Counted from the stretch's first letter, positions 1-11,012 are shown. The stretch is DNA of 64,000 nt from Verrucomicrobia subdivision 3 bacterium UBA6082 (GCA_002428665.1 DIXK01000019.1:28758-92757); one strand, 5' to 3'. The notes: generated from the sequence alone by a model not told the origin. A program made the numbers and translations.

Positions 1-320
1 CATGTATTCCTGGGAACAGGACACGCCTAATCCTCCGCACCAGCCAAAGGCGGGGCCGACAACTCCGCGACTTTCCGCCTCATGAACATGTCCTTAACGC
101 TGAGCCCACAGCCGCCCAGAAAAGTCTGACCCAGGGCGGCATTCTGGTTGTGGTACTGTGAGGCGAACACTGCTTTGCTCATAGTTTAGAAAATAAGAGA
201 GGCCGCGCATTTCGCAACCGCTATACTGACCTGACTTGGGAGGGTCGTAATGCCTCGATGCAGGGGGGAAACCTAGCGGCCATTGAAGTGCGAGGCCCCA
301 AGAACCCAACGAAGGGCACG

Positions 321-893
321 TCACCGAATCACCAAGCCCAGGATGGCCTTGTGGGCGACAGGACCATAACTGCGGCTGTCGACTGAATTCAACCGATTGT
401 CGCCCAGAACATAGACCTGGTCCTGACCACAACGGACTGTGCTGTCAGGACTTCCGTAGGCCAGATCGGTTCGGGTTCCGGAGGGCAAGTATGGCTCCGG
501 CAACCGAACGCCGTTGACCAGAACCTCGCCGTCGCTTACCTGGATGATATCCCCGGGCAGCCCAACGACTCGTTTGACGGAAAAACCGGTTTCGGCGGGG
601 TCCTTAAGAACCACGATTTCCCCACGCTGCGGGTTTCGGACGTAGTAGATCCACCGGTTGAGCAGGTACCGTTCGGAATCATGGAGCGTCGGGATCATGC
701 TCTGGCCGACCACGCTGACGCTCTGAACCAGGAAATGGCTGATGAAGAGGTAACTGGCGAAAGCAAGCGGGATAAGCATCAGGGCCTGCAGAGTTTGACG
801 AAGCATGGGCAGGCGAATTGGCCGGGAGGGCAACCGAGCCAGGAGACCTTCTTCTGTTGCAACCGAGACCGCGCTATTATGAGGCGTTTCCAT
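321..893 (-). CDS. lepB: signal peptidase I
   Basis: 190-aa ORF with an N-terminal TM helix and S26 motifs (GQSMIPTL, VKRVVGLPGD, GDNRLNSVDSRSYGPV). Confidence 0.9.
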   Translation of the reverse strand: METPHNSAVSVATEEGLLARLPSRPIRLPMLRQTLQALMLIPLAFASYLFISHFLVQSVSVVGQSMIPTLHDSERYLLNRWIYYVRNPQRGEIVVLKDPAETGFSVKRVVGLPGDIIQVSDGEVLVNGVRLPEPYLPSGTRTDLAYGSPDSTVRCGQDQVYVLGDNRLNSVDSRSYGPVAHKAILGLVIR

Positions 894-987
894 TGCCGCT
901 TGTTAAGGGAATTATGGCGTTTGGAAGGGCTGACTCAAGACCGGAGATTACTGACACCGGGCCGGGAAAAGTACGGTAGGGATGAAT

Positions 988-1362
988 TCAGTTTTGCTGC
1001 AGGGCTTTCCCGATCGCAGCGCGCAGGTTTTCGAGCAGAAAGGGCTTGCTGATGACCGTCTGGACCCCGGGCACAGGCTCGGTCAATCTCTCCTTGAAGG
1101 CGGTGACCATGATGACCGGCAAATGTGGCTTCCGGACCTGGAGTTCCCTCGCCAGTTCTGTGCCGTTCATATCCGGCATCGAGAAATCAGTGATCACCAG
1201 GTCGAAGTCGTGTTGGTTTAGAAGTTCGAGGGCCTTGGGACCGCTGCTCACCGTAACGACCTCATGACCGTCAAACTCCAACATCATCTGAATGGCCTCG
1301 CAGACGAAGCTTTCATCGTCGACCACCAAAATCTTTCGAGGTGATGCATGTGCGGCACTCAT
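988..1362 (-). CDS. single-domain response regulator (CheY-like receiver)
   Basis: Receiver motifs KILVVDDE ... DLVITDFSMPDMNG ... PVIMVTAF. Start trimmed to the ATG at 1362 (MSAAHASPRK); the longer ORF to 1584 would overlap the divergent kinase gene. Confidence 0.85.
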   Translation of the reverse strand: MSAAHASPRKILVVDDESFVCEAIQMMLEFDGHEVVTVSSGPKALELLNQHDFDLVITDFSMPDMNGTELARELQVRKPHLPVIMVTAFKERLTEPVPGVQTVISKPFLLENLRAAIGKALQQN

Positions 1363-1567
1363 GGCCCGTGGCGGAGTTACTGTAACTACCAGCACGGGAA
1401 AAGCGACGCTTTTGTTGCGTGCCGGGTGGATTTGTTCCACACGGCCGGAACTCCGGCTTGGCCCAGCCAAATGCCGCAAGGAACAAGCAATCCCAGGCGC
1501 CCTGTACCGCCGGACGAAGCGTCTCCTCGGCTTGACTTCAGATTCCGCTTTGACCCAAGATCGTGAC

Positions 1568-2575
1568 GTGGCCTTGTTCACCATTCAAAACGAGTTTCGA
1601 TACGATATCGTTCGCAAGCTGTACGAGGGGGGAATGGGTGTGGTTTACGAAGCGGAGCAGCACGGCGCGAGCGGCTTTGTAAAGCGCGTGGCGATTAAGG
1701 TCATTCGACAAAACTACGCAAGCCAGAAACAGTTTATCGAGAATTTCATCGGCGAAGCTAAGCTGGTAGCGGACCTGATCCATACCAATATTGTCCAAAC
1801 CTACCATCTGGGTGAAACCCGCGGGGTTTATTTCATCGCCATGGAACTGATTCGCGGGGTGAACCTGGAGCAACTGGGGGAACAACTCACGCTGACGAAG
1901 ACAAACCTGCCTCGGGAGTTGGCGGTTTTCATCGTAAGCCGAGTGGCCCGCGGATTGGCTTATGCCCACACAAAAACCGGGCGAGACGGAAAACCGCTGG
2001 GGATCGTCCACCGGGATGTGAGTTTTAAGAACATTATGGTCGCCTGCGAAGGTGACGTGAAACTGACCGATTTTGGGATCGCGAAGGCCAAAGGATTCCT
2101 GATCGACAACGAAGGCGAGGTGGTTGCTGGGAAAGCTGATTACATGAGCCCGGAACAGGCGAATTTCAAAATCACCGACGCCCGCTCCGACCTCTTTTCA
2201 GCCGGCGTGGTACTGGCCCACCTGCTTCTCGGATGGAACCTATTCAAGGGCAAGAACCCGGAGGAATCGCGTCAGCGCATGATTGACATGCTGATTCCCG
2301 ATTTCAGGACGCTGAATCCGCAGGTAGATGACCGACTCAACCAGATTCTGCATCGCACCCTGGCCCGCGACTTGAACTATCGTTATCCGCACGCCGAAGC
2401 CCTGCTCTACGACCTGGAGCATTACATTTACCACGCGGGCTACGGACCCACGAATGAAACCATGGGCAAGTTCATGAGAGAACTCTTTGCCAGCGGATCT
2501 CAGGAAACGCTGCACAGCCCCACTCGCGGCAGCACCGAGCTTCTGGAACCAGTCAGTCATTACTCAAAACCCTGA
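1568..2575 (+). CDS. serine/threonine protein kinase
   Basis: Hanks-type motifs GGMGVVYEA, VAIKVI, HRDVSFKNIMV, DFGIAKA, SPEQ. The stop is firm. The start is uncertain: the ORF is open from 1292, and GTG 1568 is chosen to avoid overlap with the divergent gene. Confidence 0.8.
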   Translation: MALFTIQNEFRYDIVRKLYEGGMGVVYEAEQHGASGFVKRVAIKVIRQNYASQKQFIENFIGEAKLVADLIHTNIVQTYHLGETRGVYFIAMELIRGVNLEQLGEQLTLTKTNLPRELAVFIVSRVARGLAYAHTKTGRDGKPLGIVHRDVSFKNIMVACEGDVKLTDFGIAKAKGFLIDNEGEVVAGKADYMSPEQANFKITDARSDLFSAGVVLAHLLLGWNLFKGKNPEESRQRMIDMLIPDFRTLNPQVDDRLNQILHRTLARDLNYRYPHAEALLYDLEHYIYHAGYGPTNETMGKFMRELFASGSQETLHSPTRGSTELLEPVSHYSKP

Positions 2576-2584
2576 CGCCCCAAG

Positions 2585-3469
2585 ATGTCTTCACGTACCT
2601 CTGTCAAGATTGGCCTCCTCCAGCTTGCCGCTTCTGCCAACCCCGAGGAAAACCTGACCCGCACCCTGGCAGCGGCTGAACGTGCCGCCGAGCAGGGCGC
2701 CCAGATTATCTGCACTCAGGAACTGTTTCGGTCGCAGTATTTTTGTCAAAGCGAGGACCACGATTTCTTCAAGCTGGCTGAAAGCATTCCTGGTCCTTCC
2801 ACCGAGGTGTTTTGCGACTTTGCCAGGAAACACAACACCGTTGTGGTCGCCTCCCTGTTCGAGAAGAGGGCGGCAGGCTTGTATCATAATACGGCGGTCA
2901 TCATCGATGCGGATGGCGCGTTGCTCGGGCGCTACCGCAAGATGCACATCCCGGACGACCCTTTGTTTTACGAGAAGTTTTACTTCACCCCTGGGGACCT
3001 AGGATTTCGTGCGTGGCAAACCCGCTATGCAAAGATCGGGGTGCTGGTTTGCTGGGACCAGTGGTATCCCGAAGCCGCAAGGTTAACAGCGCTGCAAGGT
3101 GCGGAGATTCTCTTCTACCCCACGGCCATCGGGTGGCATCCGTCAGAAAAGGCAGCGGTCGGGGTTCGCCAACACCTGGCTTGGCAAACCATTCAGCGCA
3201 GCCACGCCATAGCCAACGGCTGCTACGTAGCAGTGCCGAATCGGATCGGTCACGAGAAACTGGTTGGCGACGGCATTGAGTTCTGGGGACAGAGCTTCAT
3301 CGCCGGAACTTCGGGAGAAATACTTGCCGAGGCTGGAGTGGATACCGAGGCGGTGTTGGTGACGGAACTGGATCTGTCGGAGTTGGATCAAACCCGAACC
3401 CATTGGCCATTCCTGCGGGATCGGCGCATCGACGCCTACGGCCAGATAACGTGCCGGCTCATCGATTGA
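2585..3469 (+). CDS. aguB: N-carbamoylputrescine amidase (carbon-nitrogen hydrolase family)
   Basis: 294 aa. Nitrilase-superfamily E-K-C context (CTQELF, YRKMHIPDDPLFYEKFYFTPGD, VLVCWDQWYPEAAR). Confidence 0.85.
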   Translation: MSSRTSVKIGLLQLAASANPEENLTRTLAAAERAAEQGAQIICTQELFRSQYFCQSEDHDFFKLAESIPGPSTEVFCDFARKHNTVVVASLFEKRAAGLYHNTAVIIDADGALLGRYRKMHIPDDPLFYEKFYFTPGDLGFRAWQTRYAKIGVLVCWDQWYPEAARLTALQGAEILFYPTAIGWHPSEKAAVGVRQHLAWQTIQRSHAIANGCYVAVPNRIGHEKLVGDGIEFWGQSFIAGTSGEILAEAGVDTEAVLVTELDLSELDQTRTHWPFLRDRRIDAYGQITCRLID

Positions 3470-4311
3470 ACACCGTTTGGGTAACCGGAGCGGGCGGCCT
3501 CATCGGAAGCTACCTGGTCCGCACCGTGGCCACCCTGTCTCCCGACACTCAAGCTGTTGCGCTCACCCGTGCCGAACTCGATCTGACCGATTTCTCCAGT
3601 GTCGCCATTCACTTCCGACGTGATGCACCAGGTGCGGTCTTTCATTGTGCGGCCTTAAGCCGAAGCCCTGAGTGCGAGAAGGATCCAGTCCAAGCACGAC
3701 TGCAGAATGTGGAGGTAACCCGGGTCCTTGCTGAACTCGCGGCTGAAATACCCTTTGTCTTTTTTTCCTCCGACCTCGTTTTTGATGGGGCCGCGGGCTA
3801 CTACAACGAGGAAGCGCCTGCCAACCCCCTGAGCGTCTATGCCGAAACCAAATTGGAGGCCGAACAAATAGTCCTCAACAATCCGCGCCACCTAGTGCTC
3901 CGGACCTCGCTCAACGGCGGGCAGTCGCCCACGGGGGATCGCGGCTTCAATGAGCAGATGCGGCGGGCTTGGCAAAACGGCCAAACACTCAGATTCTTCA
4001 CTGATGAGTTCCGCTGCCCAATCGCTGCAGAGGTGACCGCACGGGCGGCTTGGGAACTCTTTCGGAAAGGTGTGAGCGGACTGTTCCACGTCGCGGGAGC
4101 CGAACGATTGTCGCGCTGGGAACTCGGGCGGATGATCGCGGCTCGCTGCCCGGAATTAGACCCGAAATTCGAAGCAGCATCTCTGCGGAATTATGCTGGC
4201 GCTCCGCGCAGCCCCGACACTTCGTTGGATTGTTCAAGAGTCTTGAAACACCTCTCGTTCACACTACCCCGGTTCAGCGAATGGCTGGGGAATCATAGGG
4301 AGCCCTTTTAG
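3466..4311 (+). CDS. NAD(P)-dependent sugar reductase, RmlD (dTDP-4-dehydrorhamnose reductase)-like SDR
   Basis: Rossmann motif VWVTGAGGLIGSYL followed by YAETK. The TTG start overlaps the aguB stop (ATTGA); the ORF is open from 3403. Confidence 0.65.
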   Translation: MNTVWVTGAGGLIGSYLVRTVATLSPDTQAVALTRAELDLTDFSSVAIHFRRDAPGAVFHCAALSRSPECEKDPVQARLQNVEVTRVLAELAAEIPFVFFSSDLVFDGAAGYYNEEAPANPLSVYAETKLEAEQIVLNNPRHLVLRTSLNGGQSPTGDRGFNEQMRRAWQNGQTLRFFTDEFRCPIAAEVTARAAWELFRKGVSGLFHVAGAERLSRWELGRMIAARCPELDPKFEAASLRNYAGAPRSPDTSLDCSRVLKHLSFTLPRFSEWLGNHREPF

Positions 4312-4386
4312 CACGCCGGGGTTGACTCCTACCAGCAAAGGAGTATTTCTTTAGTATAAATCACATTTAATTCATAAGGGGGTTCG

Positions 4387-6423
4387 ATGAGAGAGAATGG
4401 CCTCAAGTTTCAAAGTTCACCTCTACGTGTCCACCCAGTCTCGAGTTGGGTCACGGTGATAGTGTTCGCACTGGTGTGGTTGAACTCGCCCCATCCAGCC
4501 TGCGGACAGGGGCAAGTAGTTTTTGCCAACCGAATCTCGGGCACACTCATCACTCACGTGTATGTGGGTTCCTGGTTTTCATTGACCGGGAATGGGCCAA
4601 ATGATTTTCCACCTGGTACCAGCGATTGGACAGGTTTTGCATTGGCCACCGGACCTACTTACCGAGCACAGTTGCTGGCTGCCCCGGGAGAAAACGCTCC
4701 CCAGTCAGCGCTGGTGCCAGCGACGCCAAGCACGACCTTCCGCACCGGCTCGGCAGCCGGTTTTGTAGCCATAACCACCGCCACGCTTCACGGGGTGCCG
4801 CAGGATGCGCCTGTGGCCACAATCCAGATGGTAGCCTGGGCTGACCCTCAAGGCTTGTACCCAACGTGGGCCGAGGCCTATCCTGCATGGCTAATGGGCC
4901 GTATCGGGGCAGGCACATCCAACCCGTTTAATGTCTACGCCATCGGCGGCGTGCTCAATACACCTCCCTTCCTGGTTGGACTGCAGAGCTTTAACATCAT
5001 GGGTGGGTATGTGCCGCCTATCGCACCCTATATTACCAGCCAACCCACGAGTCTGACGGTCACCGACGGTCAAGATGCAACTTTTGATGTTGGGGCCTCA
5101 GGAACTGCGCCGCTTAGTTATCAATGGCTGCGCAACGGACAACCCATTCCGGGTGCTACCCAATCCAGCCTGGTTCTTAAACAGGTCACCCGCGCGGATT
5201 CGGGCTCGTACTCTGCCCAAGTCTCGAACTCTGCAGGGTCGGTAGTGAGCGCTGCCGCCCTCTTGGAGGTGCGAAACCTGGGAGTCTATGGAGATGGCCA
5301 GTTGCTGACTGGCTCCAACCACACTTTCCTTGGCAGCGTTGAGTTGGAACTGGTATGCGGGCTCGAGCAGGCCTTCGTATTCTTCACGCTGGACGGTTCG
5401 CCGCCGGACCACACCGGGCACCATTACCTGGGCCCTTTCAGCGTGTCGCGTAGCGTGACACTGCGAGTGGTCGCTTACAGGTGGGATTTTGCCCAAATGG
5501 AGGAGGTTGGCCCGGTGCAAATCGAAGTCATTCCGGCTTACGATCTTATCGCCTTCACCAAAGGTGGCGGGGACATTACCCTGAACCCGCCCACGGGTCC
5601 CTACCCGAGCAATTCCACTGTGACCGTGACTGCCTCACCGCATGCCGGCTGGAGTTTCATGGGCTGGTTTGGGGACGCGTCCGAAGGCCCGGCATCGATT
5701 GCGTTGAGACTGAACCGTCCGATGTGCCTTGAAGCGGTGTTTGGCACTCCGTTGACGGTGGTCGCTGCCGGAAACGGGCTGGTGGAAGGTGCCCCCTCAA
5801 CCGATCTGATACCCTTCGGGACTGCCCTGAGGCTGACGGCGGTGCCGATCCCGGGCAACTACCTCAGCACCTGGGGTGTCCCGGTCTTCACTTCTTCCAA
5901 TCCGATCTCATTGCTGGTAACCAACTCCGAACCGGTAGTTTCCTGTTTGTTTGCGTCGCTGCCGACCGGACGGGTGGCCTTCACGGCGCTGGCCGAGGGA
6001 CTGGGCTCGGTGTTTGTCGATCCAGCCACCAATGCCTATCCCGTTGGTTCAGGGGTGACCTTGACGGCGGTTCCCGGATCAGGCCAAACGTTCCTGGGCT
6101 GGTCTGGGAGTCTGAGCGGGGTGCAAAACCCGGTTTGGGTCAGCCTTAATGATAGCAGGACGATAGTGGCACGATTCAGCGCACGTCCCCAAATAGTCAC
6201 CGGCGGGTGCCTCTTCCGACCGCTGCCCGAGGCGGTTCGTCTGGGAATCGACGGACAACTCGGTGCGGTGTTTGAAGTGCAAGGCTCGACCAATTACCAC
6301 GGCTGGACCACGCTTGGACTGAGCACCAACCTGCTGGGCACCGCCCAGTTCATCGATACTGATGGGCTGGCCTCACCGCAACGTTTCTACCGAACTGTCA
6401 CTCTCGAGGCACTTCAGCCGTGA
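4387..6423 (+). CDS. secreted multidomain protein (Ig-like domain plus InlB-B-repeat-like modules)
   Basis: Signal/TM segment VTVIVFALVWL. Ig-like module ITSQPTSLTVTDGQDATF...PLSYQWLRNGQPIPGAT...DSGSYSAQVSN. Repeated ...GWSFMGWFGD / ...TFLGWSGS modules. Confidence 0.7.
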   Translation: MRENGLKFQSSPLRVHPVSSWVTVIVFALVWLNSPHPACGQGQVVFANRISGTLITHVYVGSWFSLTGNGPNDFPPGTSDWTGFALATGPTYRAQLLAAPGENAPQSALVPATPSTTFRTGSAAGFVAITTATLHGVPQDAPVATIQMVAWADPQGLYPTWAEAYPAWLMGRIGAGTSNPFNVYAIGGVLNTPPFLVGLQSFNIMGGYVPPIAPYITSQPTSLTVTDGQDATFDVGASGTAPLSYQWLRNGQPIPGATQSSLVLKQVTRADSGSYSAQVSNSAGSVVSAAALLEVRNLGVYGDGQLLTGSNHTFLGSVELELVCGLEQAFVFFTLDGSPPDHTGHHYLGPFSVSRSVTLRVVAYRWDFAQMEEVGPVQIEVIPAYDLIAFTKGGGDITLNPPTGPYPSNSTVTVTASPHAGWSFMGWFGDASEGPASIALRLNRPMCLEAVFGTPLTVVAAGNGLVEGAPSTDLIPFGTALRLTAVPIPGNYLSTWGVPVFTSSNPISLLVTNSEPVVSCLFASLPTGRVAFTALAEGLGSVFVDPATNAYPVGSGVTLTAVPGSGQTFLGWSGSLSGVQNPVWVSLNDSRTIVARFSARPQIVTGGCLFRPLPEAVRLGIDGQLGAVFEVQGSTNYHGWTTLGLSTNLLGTAQFIDTDGLASPQRFYRTVTLEALQP

Positions 6424-6549
6424 GGAGGGACTAAACTGCACGCCAGAACTCCGACCGTTTTGGCCAGGCGAACGGTGCGGAACAGCGTCTGGAGAAGGTG
6501 GTGTATTGTAAAGGTGAGGCGCTTTTACCACACTGGGCCTGTGTCCGGG

Positions 6550-7449
6550 ATGTTACAACCTCGACGCCCCTACCGCGGCCGACTGGCTCCTTCGCCGACC
6601 GGGTGGTTGCACTTGGGGCACGCACGCACCTTTTGGACTGCCCAGCAACGTGCGCGTAAGTCTGGTGGCACGCTCGTGCTGCGCATAGAGGACATTGACC
6701 GGGCGAGATGCAAGACCGAATTCCTGAATGGCCTCTACGAAGATATGCAGTGGTTTGGATTTACCTGGAACGAAGGGCCCGACTGTGGCGGGCCTTTCGG
6801 ACCCTACCTTCAGAGTCAGCGCGTGGAGTCCTACCGGGCCGCGCTGGATCGTCTGAAACAGAAGCGTCTCGTTTATCCCTGCGCCTGCTCCCGCCAGGAC
6901 GTGCTGCGATCCGTCTCAGCCCCACACGCGAACAACGAAGATGAACCTCTCTACCCCGGGACCTGCCGTCCATATAAACGAGTGCAAAGCCGGGAAGGAA
7001 TACCAGGGGAAGACGCGCGCGTGAACTGGCGCTTTCAGGTGTCGGATGGCGAGGTCATTTCGTTCGTGGATAACCATTTCGGCCCGCAAACGTTTATCGC
7101 GGGCAAGGATTTCGGGGACTTTATTCTGTGGCGGCACGATGATATACCTTCCTACCAACTCGCAGTGGTTGTTGATGATGCTGCTATGGGTATTACGGAA
7201 GTCGTTCGGGGTGAGGACCTTCTGAAATCAACAGCAAGGCAACTCTTGCTCTACCGGGCGTTGGATTTAAACCCGCCGGCATTCCATCACTGCCCCTTGG
7301 TAACGGACAGTTCGGGCGTACGGCTCGCCAAGCGGCACGATTCGCTCAGCCTGCGAGCGCTGCGCGCCAAAGGCATATCACCGGGGGAGATCCGCGACGA
7401 TTGGGCAATGGTTATGAGCGAAGGGGAAGTGAAACCGGTGGCGGAATAA
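6550..7449 (+). CDS. gluQ: tRNA glutamyl-Q(34) synthetase (GluQRS)
   Basis: Truncated class-I GluRS catalytic domain: YRGRLAPSPTGWLHLGH (HIGH), LRIEDID, VVDD, RLAKR (KMSKS-like), with no anticodon-binding domain. ATG at 6550 (ORF open from 6460). Confidence 0.85.
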   Translation: MLQPRRPYRGRLAPSPTGWLHLGHARTFWTAQQRARKSGGTLVLRIEDIDRARCKTEFLNGLYEDMQWFGFTWNEGPDCGGPFGPYLQSQRVESYRAALDRLKQKRLVYPCACSRQDVLRSVSAPHANNEDEPLYPGTCRPYKRVQSREGIPGEDARVNWRFQVSDGEVISFVDNHFGPQTFIAGKDFGDFILWRHDDIPSYQLAVVVDDAAMGITEVVRGEDLLKSTARQLLLYRALDLNPPAFHHCPLVTDSSGVRLAKRHDSLSLRALRAKGISPGEIRDDWAMVMSEGEVKPVAE

Positions 7450-7454
7450 AAAAG

Positions 7455-7529
7455 TGGCGACCCTAAGGGGACTCGAACCCCTGCCGCCGCCGTGAAAGGG
7501 CGGTGTCCTAACCGCTAGACGATAGGGTC
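7455..7529 (-). tRNA. tRNA-Glu (anticodon UUC)
   Basis: The reverse complement GACCCTATCGTCTAGCGGTTAGGACACCGCCCTTTCACGGCGGCGGCAGGGGTTCGAGTCCCCTTAGGGTCGCCA folds as a cloverleaf. Anticodon loop is CTTTCAC, CCA is encoded, and it is close to E. coli tRNA-Glu. Confidence 0.95.
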
Positions 7530-7629
7530 GCTCAAATTGTGGTGCAACTATATCGCACCGAGCAGTTTTGTCACGGCCAAAAATAGGCTTACCCGCGAAA
7601 ACTGCAAGTCCGGGCTTTTCGGGCATTAG

Positions 7630-9087
7630 TTAAAGTAAGGGGGTGAACAACCGTGCCACTCCGTCCCGTAATCGCACTGGGAGTGATCTGGCGTCCACCT
7701 CAGCGAGGGAGATTTCGCGGCTCTTACGGAGTTGTTCGGCAAACCAACCGTTCAGCGTTCGCGCCAAATCCGGGTCGTAGCACTCGACGTTAAACTCAAA
7801 ATTCAGCCGCAAGCTCCGCGGATCCCAATTGGTGGAGCCAACCAATGCCCAGCAGTCATCCACCAAGAACAATTTCGAATGGTCAAATGGCGGCGGGCTC
7901 AGCCAAATACGGCAACCCCGCTCCAGGACCTGCCACCAATGGGCAGTTGAGGCCCATTGCACAAAAGGCAAGTTGCTCCGAGATGGCAACAGGATGTTCA
8001 CTGAGACACCGCGCATAGCAGCCAGGTTCAGGGCGGCAATGATGGTCGGTTCCGGTAAAAAGTAAGGGGTCGCAATGCAAATGGAGTTCCGGGCGGCTGA
8101 GAGCGCTGCCAGCAGAGTCCAGCGCAGTTTCTCGAAGTCCTCGTCGGGTCCGTCGGCAATTCCGCGCGCAATCACGGGCCCCGCGTGACCCAAGGCCGGA
8201 AACCAGTTTTCACCGCGAAGCGCTTCGCCGGTAGTGAAGAACCAATCGTCCACGAACGCCTCCTGCAGGTGAGCCACGACCGGTCCCTCCAATTCAAAGT
8301 GCAGGTCGCAAGCGGGATGTGAGGGATTCTTCGAAAGCCAATGACCGGCACGGATGTTCAGGCCACCAGTGAAGCCAAGCCGACCGTCCACGACGAGGAT
8401 TTTGCGGTGGTTGCGCAGGTTCATCTCCAACAGGCGCCGAAGTGGAAAGGTCCTCAAGAACCGCGCGTGGGGGACCTTCTCATGGCGCAGGGCTCCGAGA
8501 ACAGACGGCCAGGAATATCTTGTACCCGTAGCGTCGATAAGCACCCGTACGGCCACCCCACGACGCACAGCATCTCCAAGCGCCCGGGCGAACGCCAAGC
8601 CCGCCTCGTCGCGATCGAATATATAAGTCGAAAGTGTGACTGAATGGTGAGCCTCGGAAATGGCCTTCAGCATTGCCGGATAAGCCTGGTCGCCATTAAC
8701 CAGAAGCTGCACACGATTCCCTGGCAGCAGAGGGCGGGTAAACAGTGTCGCGGTAGCCGAAGCGAGCGATCCGAGGTGGCGGCTCTCATCGGGGAGCTGG
8801 GGCAGAAGCTGGTCGAGTGAAAACCCCGCCACTATTTGCCTGGCACGAAAATGCTCCAGGTCACCACGCAGCAGGATGGCCCGGCGCTTAATCCGGTTTA
8901 CGCCAAAGATGAAATAGAGCACTGCTCCAAGTAGAGGGACGAACCATACAAATCCGACCCACAACGCCGCCGCCCGGGGATCGCGGCGATAGAGAATTGC
9001 ATGAGCGGAACTGAGCACCGATAGCAGCAGCGTCAAAGCAACTACCAAATAATGCCAGACCTTAGCCAAGTGTGACAGCCAGTCCAT
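7630..9087 (-). CDS. cls: cardiolipin synthase (PLD superfamily)
   Basis: Two N-terminal TM helices and two HKD motifs (HRKILVVDGRLGFTGGLN; HSKLFLVDDCWALVGSTNWDPRS). Start taken at ATG 9087 (MDWLSHL). Confidence 0.9.
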   Translation of the reverse strand: MDWLSHLAKVWHYLVVALTLLLSVLSSAHAILYRRDPRAAALWVGFVWFVPLLGAVLYFIFGVNRIKRRAILLRGDLEHFRARQIVAGFSLDQLLPQLPDESRHLGSLASATATLFTRPLLPGNRVQLLVNGDQAYPAMLKAISEAHHSVTLSTYIFDRDEAGLAFARALGDAVRRGVAVRVLIDATGTRYSWPSVLGALRHEKVPHARFLRTFPLRRLLEMNLRNHRKILVVDGRLGFTGGLNIRAGHWLSKNPSHPACDLHFELEGPVVAHLQEAFVDDWFFTTGEALRGENWFPALGHAGPVIARGIADGPDEDFEKLRWTLLAALSAARNSICIATPYFLPEPTIIAALNLAAMRGVSVNILLPSRSNLPFVQWASTAHWWQVLERGCRIWLSPPPFDHSKLFLVDDCWALVGSTNWDPRSLRLNFEFNVECYDPDLARTLNGWFAEQLRKSREISLAEVDARSLPVRLRDGVARLFTPLL

Positions 9088-9202
9088 AGCCCGTATTCGT
9101 GCCGAAGCTATAACCGATTTACGTTCGGAAACGAAGCCTGAATCGCTTCCACTCAGCAAAAGAGCGCTTGCGATAAGACGGTTGTATCATCACTATTATG
9201 GT

Positions 9203-10186
9203 ATGTTGAAATTGTGGTTTCGCTCAACCCACGCTGCGGCGGCAACCCCAACCTGCCGCAAGGGTGTGATCCGTACGACTGTGTGGTCCTTTTGCCTGGC
9301 AGTTTGCACGACCACTGTCGCTTCGAGGGAGATCATTCCTGTACCCAACCATTCTTTCGAACTTCCGACTACGGAGTTTGCCGATCCCCGCATTGACTCC
9401 TGGCAGGAGGGTCCAAAACCCGCGTGGTTTGACGAATCCAACGGCTATACGTGGGATCAGTTGACCGGGGTATTCGCCAACACCTTGCCTGGTTCCGCAG
9501 ATCACATCGACAATTGCGATGGAGCCCAGGCCATTTTCCTCTTTGCCGTGCCCCAGGTGGTGATGTTTCAGGATTACGACTCGACGGACTGGACCAATCC
9601 TTTAACTCCCAGTCACGCCTTCAACGCGAAGTATGAGGTCGGGAGGGAATACGACCTAACTGTCGGGTTGATCGGCGGCGGTGGGGGGATGAAACTAGGC
9701 GTAAGCCTCATGCTCAGCCTCTATTACCGTGACACGCCACAAACCATGGCTACCGTAGCCGCAAGCAACGTTGTCTATACCCCCACCCTGTTTTCTAACA
9801 ACACCCACTTTGTAGACATCAACCTGCGTGTGCCAACCGTGAAAGCATCCGATCTTTGGGCGGGAAAGCACATTGGGATCCAAATTCTATCTACCGTCGC
9901 GCCTGATCTCATCGGGGGTTATTGGGACATCGATAATGTCCGGCTAAGTTCGAGTCTCCCGCAGCCGATGCTGGCAACCCCGGTGCTCTCCGAAGGTGCA
10001 TTAAGCTTCAATGTGTTAAGCGAGCCCGGTGCCAGGATAGAGATACTCACGAGCCCAGATGCGAGTGCGCCACTGGCAAACTGGAACCACCTCGATACGG
10101 TCACCAACAGCACGGGATCAATGGTCTTCACCTCTGAGCCCCTTGTGACCAGCCCACGGTTTTACCTCGCCCGCCAACTGCCATAA
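9203..10186 (+). CDS. hypothetical secreted protein
   Basis: Signal-like [15 protein letters not shown]. No recognisable catalytic motif. GC-rich third codon positions in the stretches read by eye. Confidence 0.5.
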   Translation: MLKLWFRSTHAAAATPTCRKGVIRTTVWSFCLAVCTTTVASREIIPVPNHSFELPTTEFADPRIDSWQEGPKPAWFDESNGYTWDQLTGVFANTLPGSADHIDNCDGAQAIFLFAVPQVVMFQDYDSTDWTNPLTPSHAFNAKYEVGREYDLTVGLIGGGGGMKLGVSLMLSLYYRDTPQTMATVAASNVVYTPTLFSNNTHFVDINLRVPTVKASDLWAGKHIGIQILSTVAPDLIGGYWDIDNVRLSSSLPQPMLATPVLSEGALSFNVLSEPGARIEILTSPDASAPLANWNHLDTVTNSTGSMVFTSEPLVTSPRFYLARQLP

Positions 10187-10209
10187 GTGGCCGGTTGTAC
10201 CGCTGCATT

Positions 10210-11007
10210 ATGGTAGCCGTGAGCCCCTCCCATCCTGGTTTAAAGCGGCAGGGCTTTTCCCTAATCGAACTCCTCGTGGTCGTCGCTATCGTCGCCCTGC
10301 TAGCGGCACTTTTGCTGCCTGCCCTGGTTTCGGCGAGAGCGAGTGCGCGGCGCACCGCGTGTGTTTCGAATCTGCGGCAAATTGGAATTGCGATTCAAAG
10401 CTACAGCCACGACAACAGCGGGAGCATTCCTTATGGCCCCAAGGCGCCTCCTTTCACAAACCCGGCCAACTTCTACCCTTCTACCGGCGCACCAACCAGC
10501 TTGATTTCATTGCAGGGCGGCGCTCCCGTAGCACTGGGCCTCCTGCTTAGCGATTACCTGGCCACCCAACCCAGGGTGGTGTTTTGCCCGGACAATGATC
10601 AACCTGCGGATACCGATGCCGAATTGGCCAGAGTCAATTCGAACCAGGCCCAGGGAAGCTATTACTATCGGCATGGCAGCAATACCCGGTTGTTTGATGA
10701 TCCCCAACCCGCAGGCGGAGAAACTCCACGCCTTCAAAGCTTGGGGCTGAACCGCCGGGGCCAGCCCATTCGAGCGCTGGTGATGGATACCCAATACCTC
10801 TGCCCGCCCGCCGTAGAAGCATTCAACCTGAAAACACGGACGCACCATCGCCAGCGGTTTGAGTCCATCCTCATGGCCGATGGCAGCGCAATATCTGTCA
10901 GGAACAGCGAGGGCCGATTCACGGTGGACGTCAGGAACTACAGCGAAATCCGCGACTCCTTTAGCAAGATTCTCGCTGCTTTCGAAGAAGCCGACGCCGT
11001 TCGCTGA
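10210..11007 (+). CDS. prepilin-type N-terminal cleavage/methylation domain protein (DUF1559, H-X9-DG type)
   Basis: [25 protein letters not shown] ... [19 protein letters not shown], typical of PVC pseudopilin-like proteins. Confidence 0.8.
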   Translation: MVAVSPSHPGLKRQGFSLIELLVVVAIVALLAALLLPALVSARASARRTACVSNLRQIGIAIQSYSHDNSGSIPYGPKAPPFTNPANFYPSTGAPTSLISLQGGAPVALGLLLSDYLATQPRVVFCPDNDQPADTDAELARVNSNQAQGSYYYRHGSNTRLFDDPQPAGGETPRLQSLGLNRRGQPIRALVMDTQYLCPPAVEAFNLKTRTHHRQRFESILMADGSAISVRNSEGRFTVDVRNYSEIRDSFSKILAAFEEADAVR

Positions 11008-11012
11008 ACATC

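Noticed and set aside
94-432. 112-aa minus-strand ORF overlapping the 3' end of lepB
   Set aside because: It overlaps lepB in another frame and has a Pro/Gly/Ser/Trp-rich composition and no motifs. A separate 51-codon ORF at 27-182 (-) (MSKAVFASQYHNQNAALGQTF...) has plausible codon usage but no other support, so I did not list it as a feature.
6460-7529. gluQ immediately followed (5 nt, convergent) by tRNA-Glu as a possible functional pairing
   Set aside because: GluQRS is known to modify tRNA-Asp rather than tRNA-Glu, so the adjacency is most simply coincidental.
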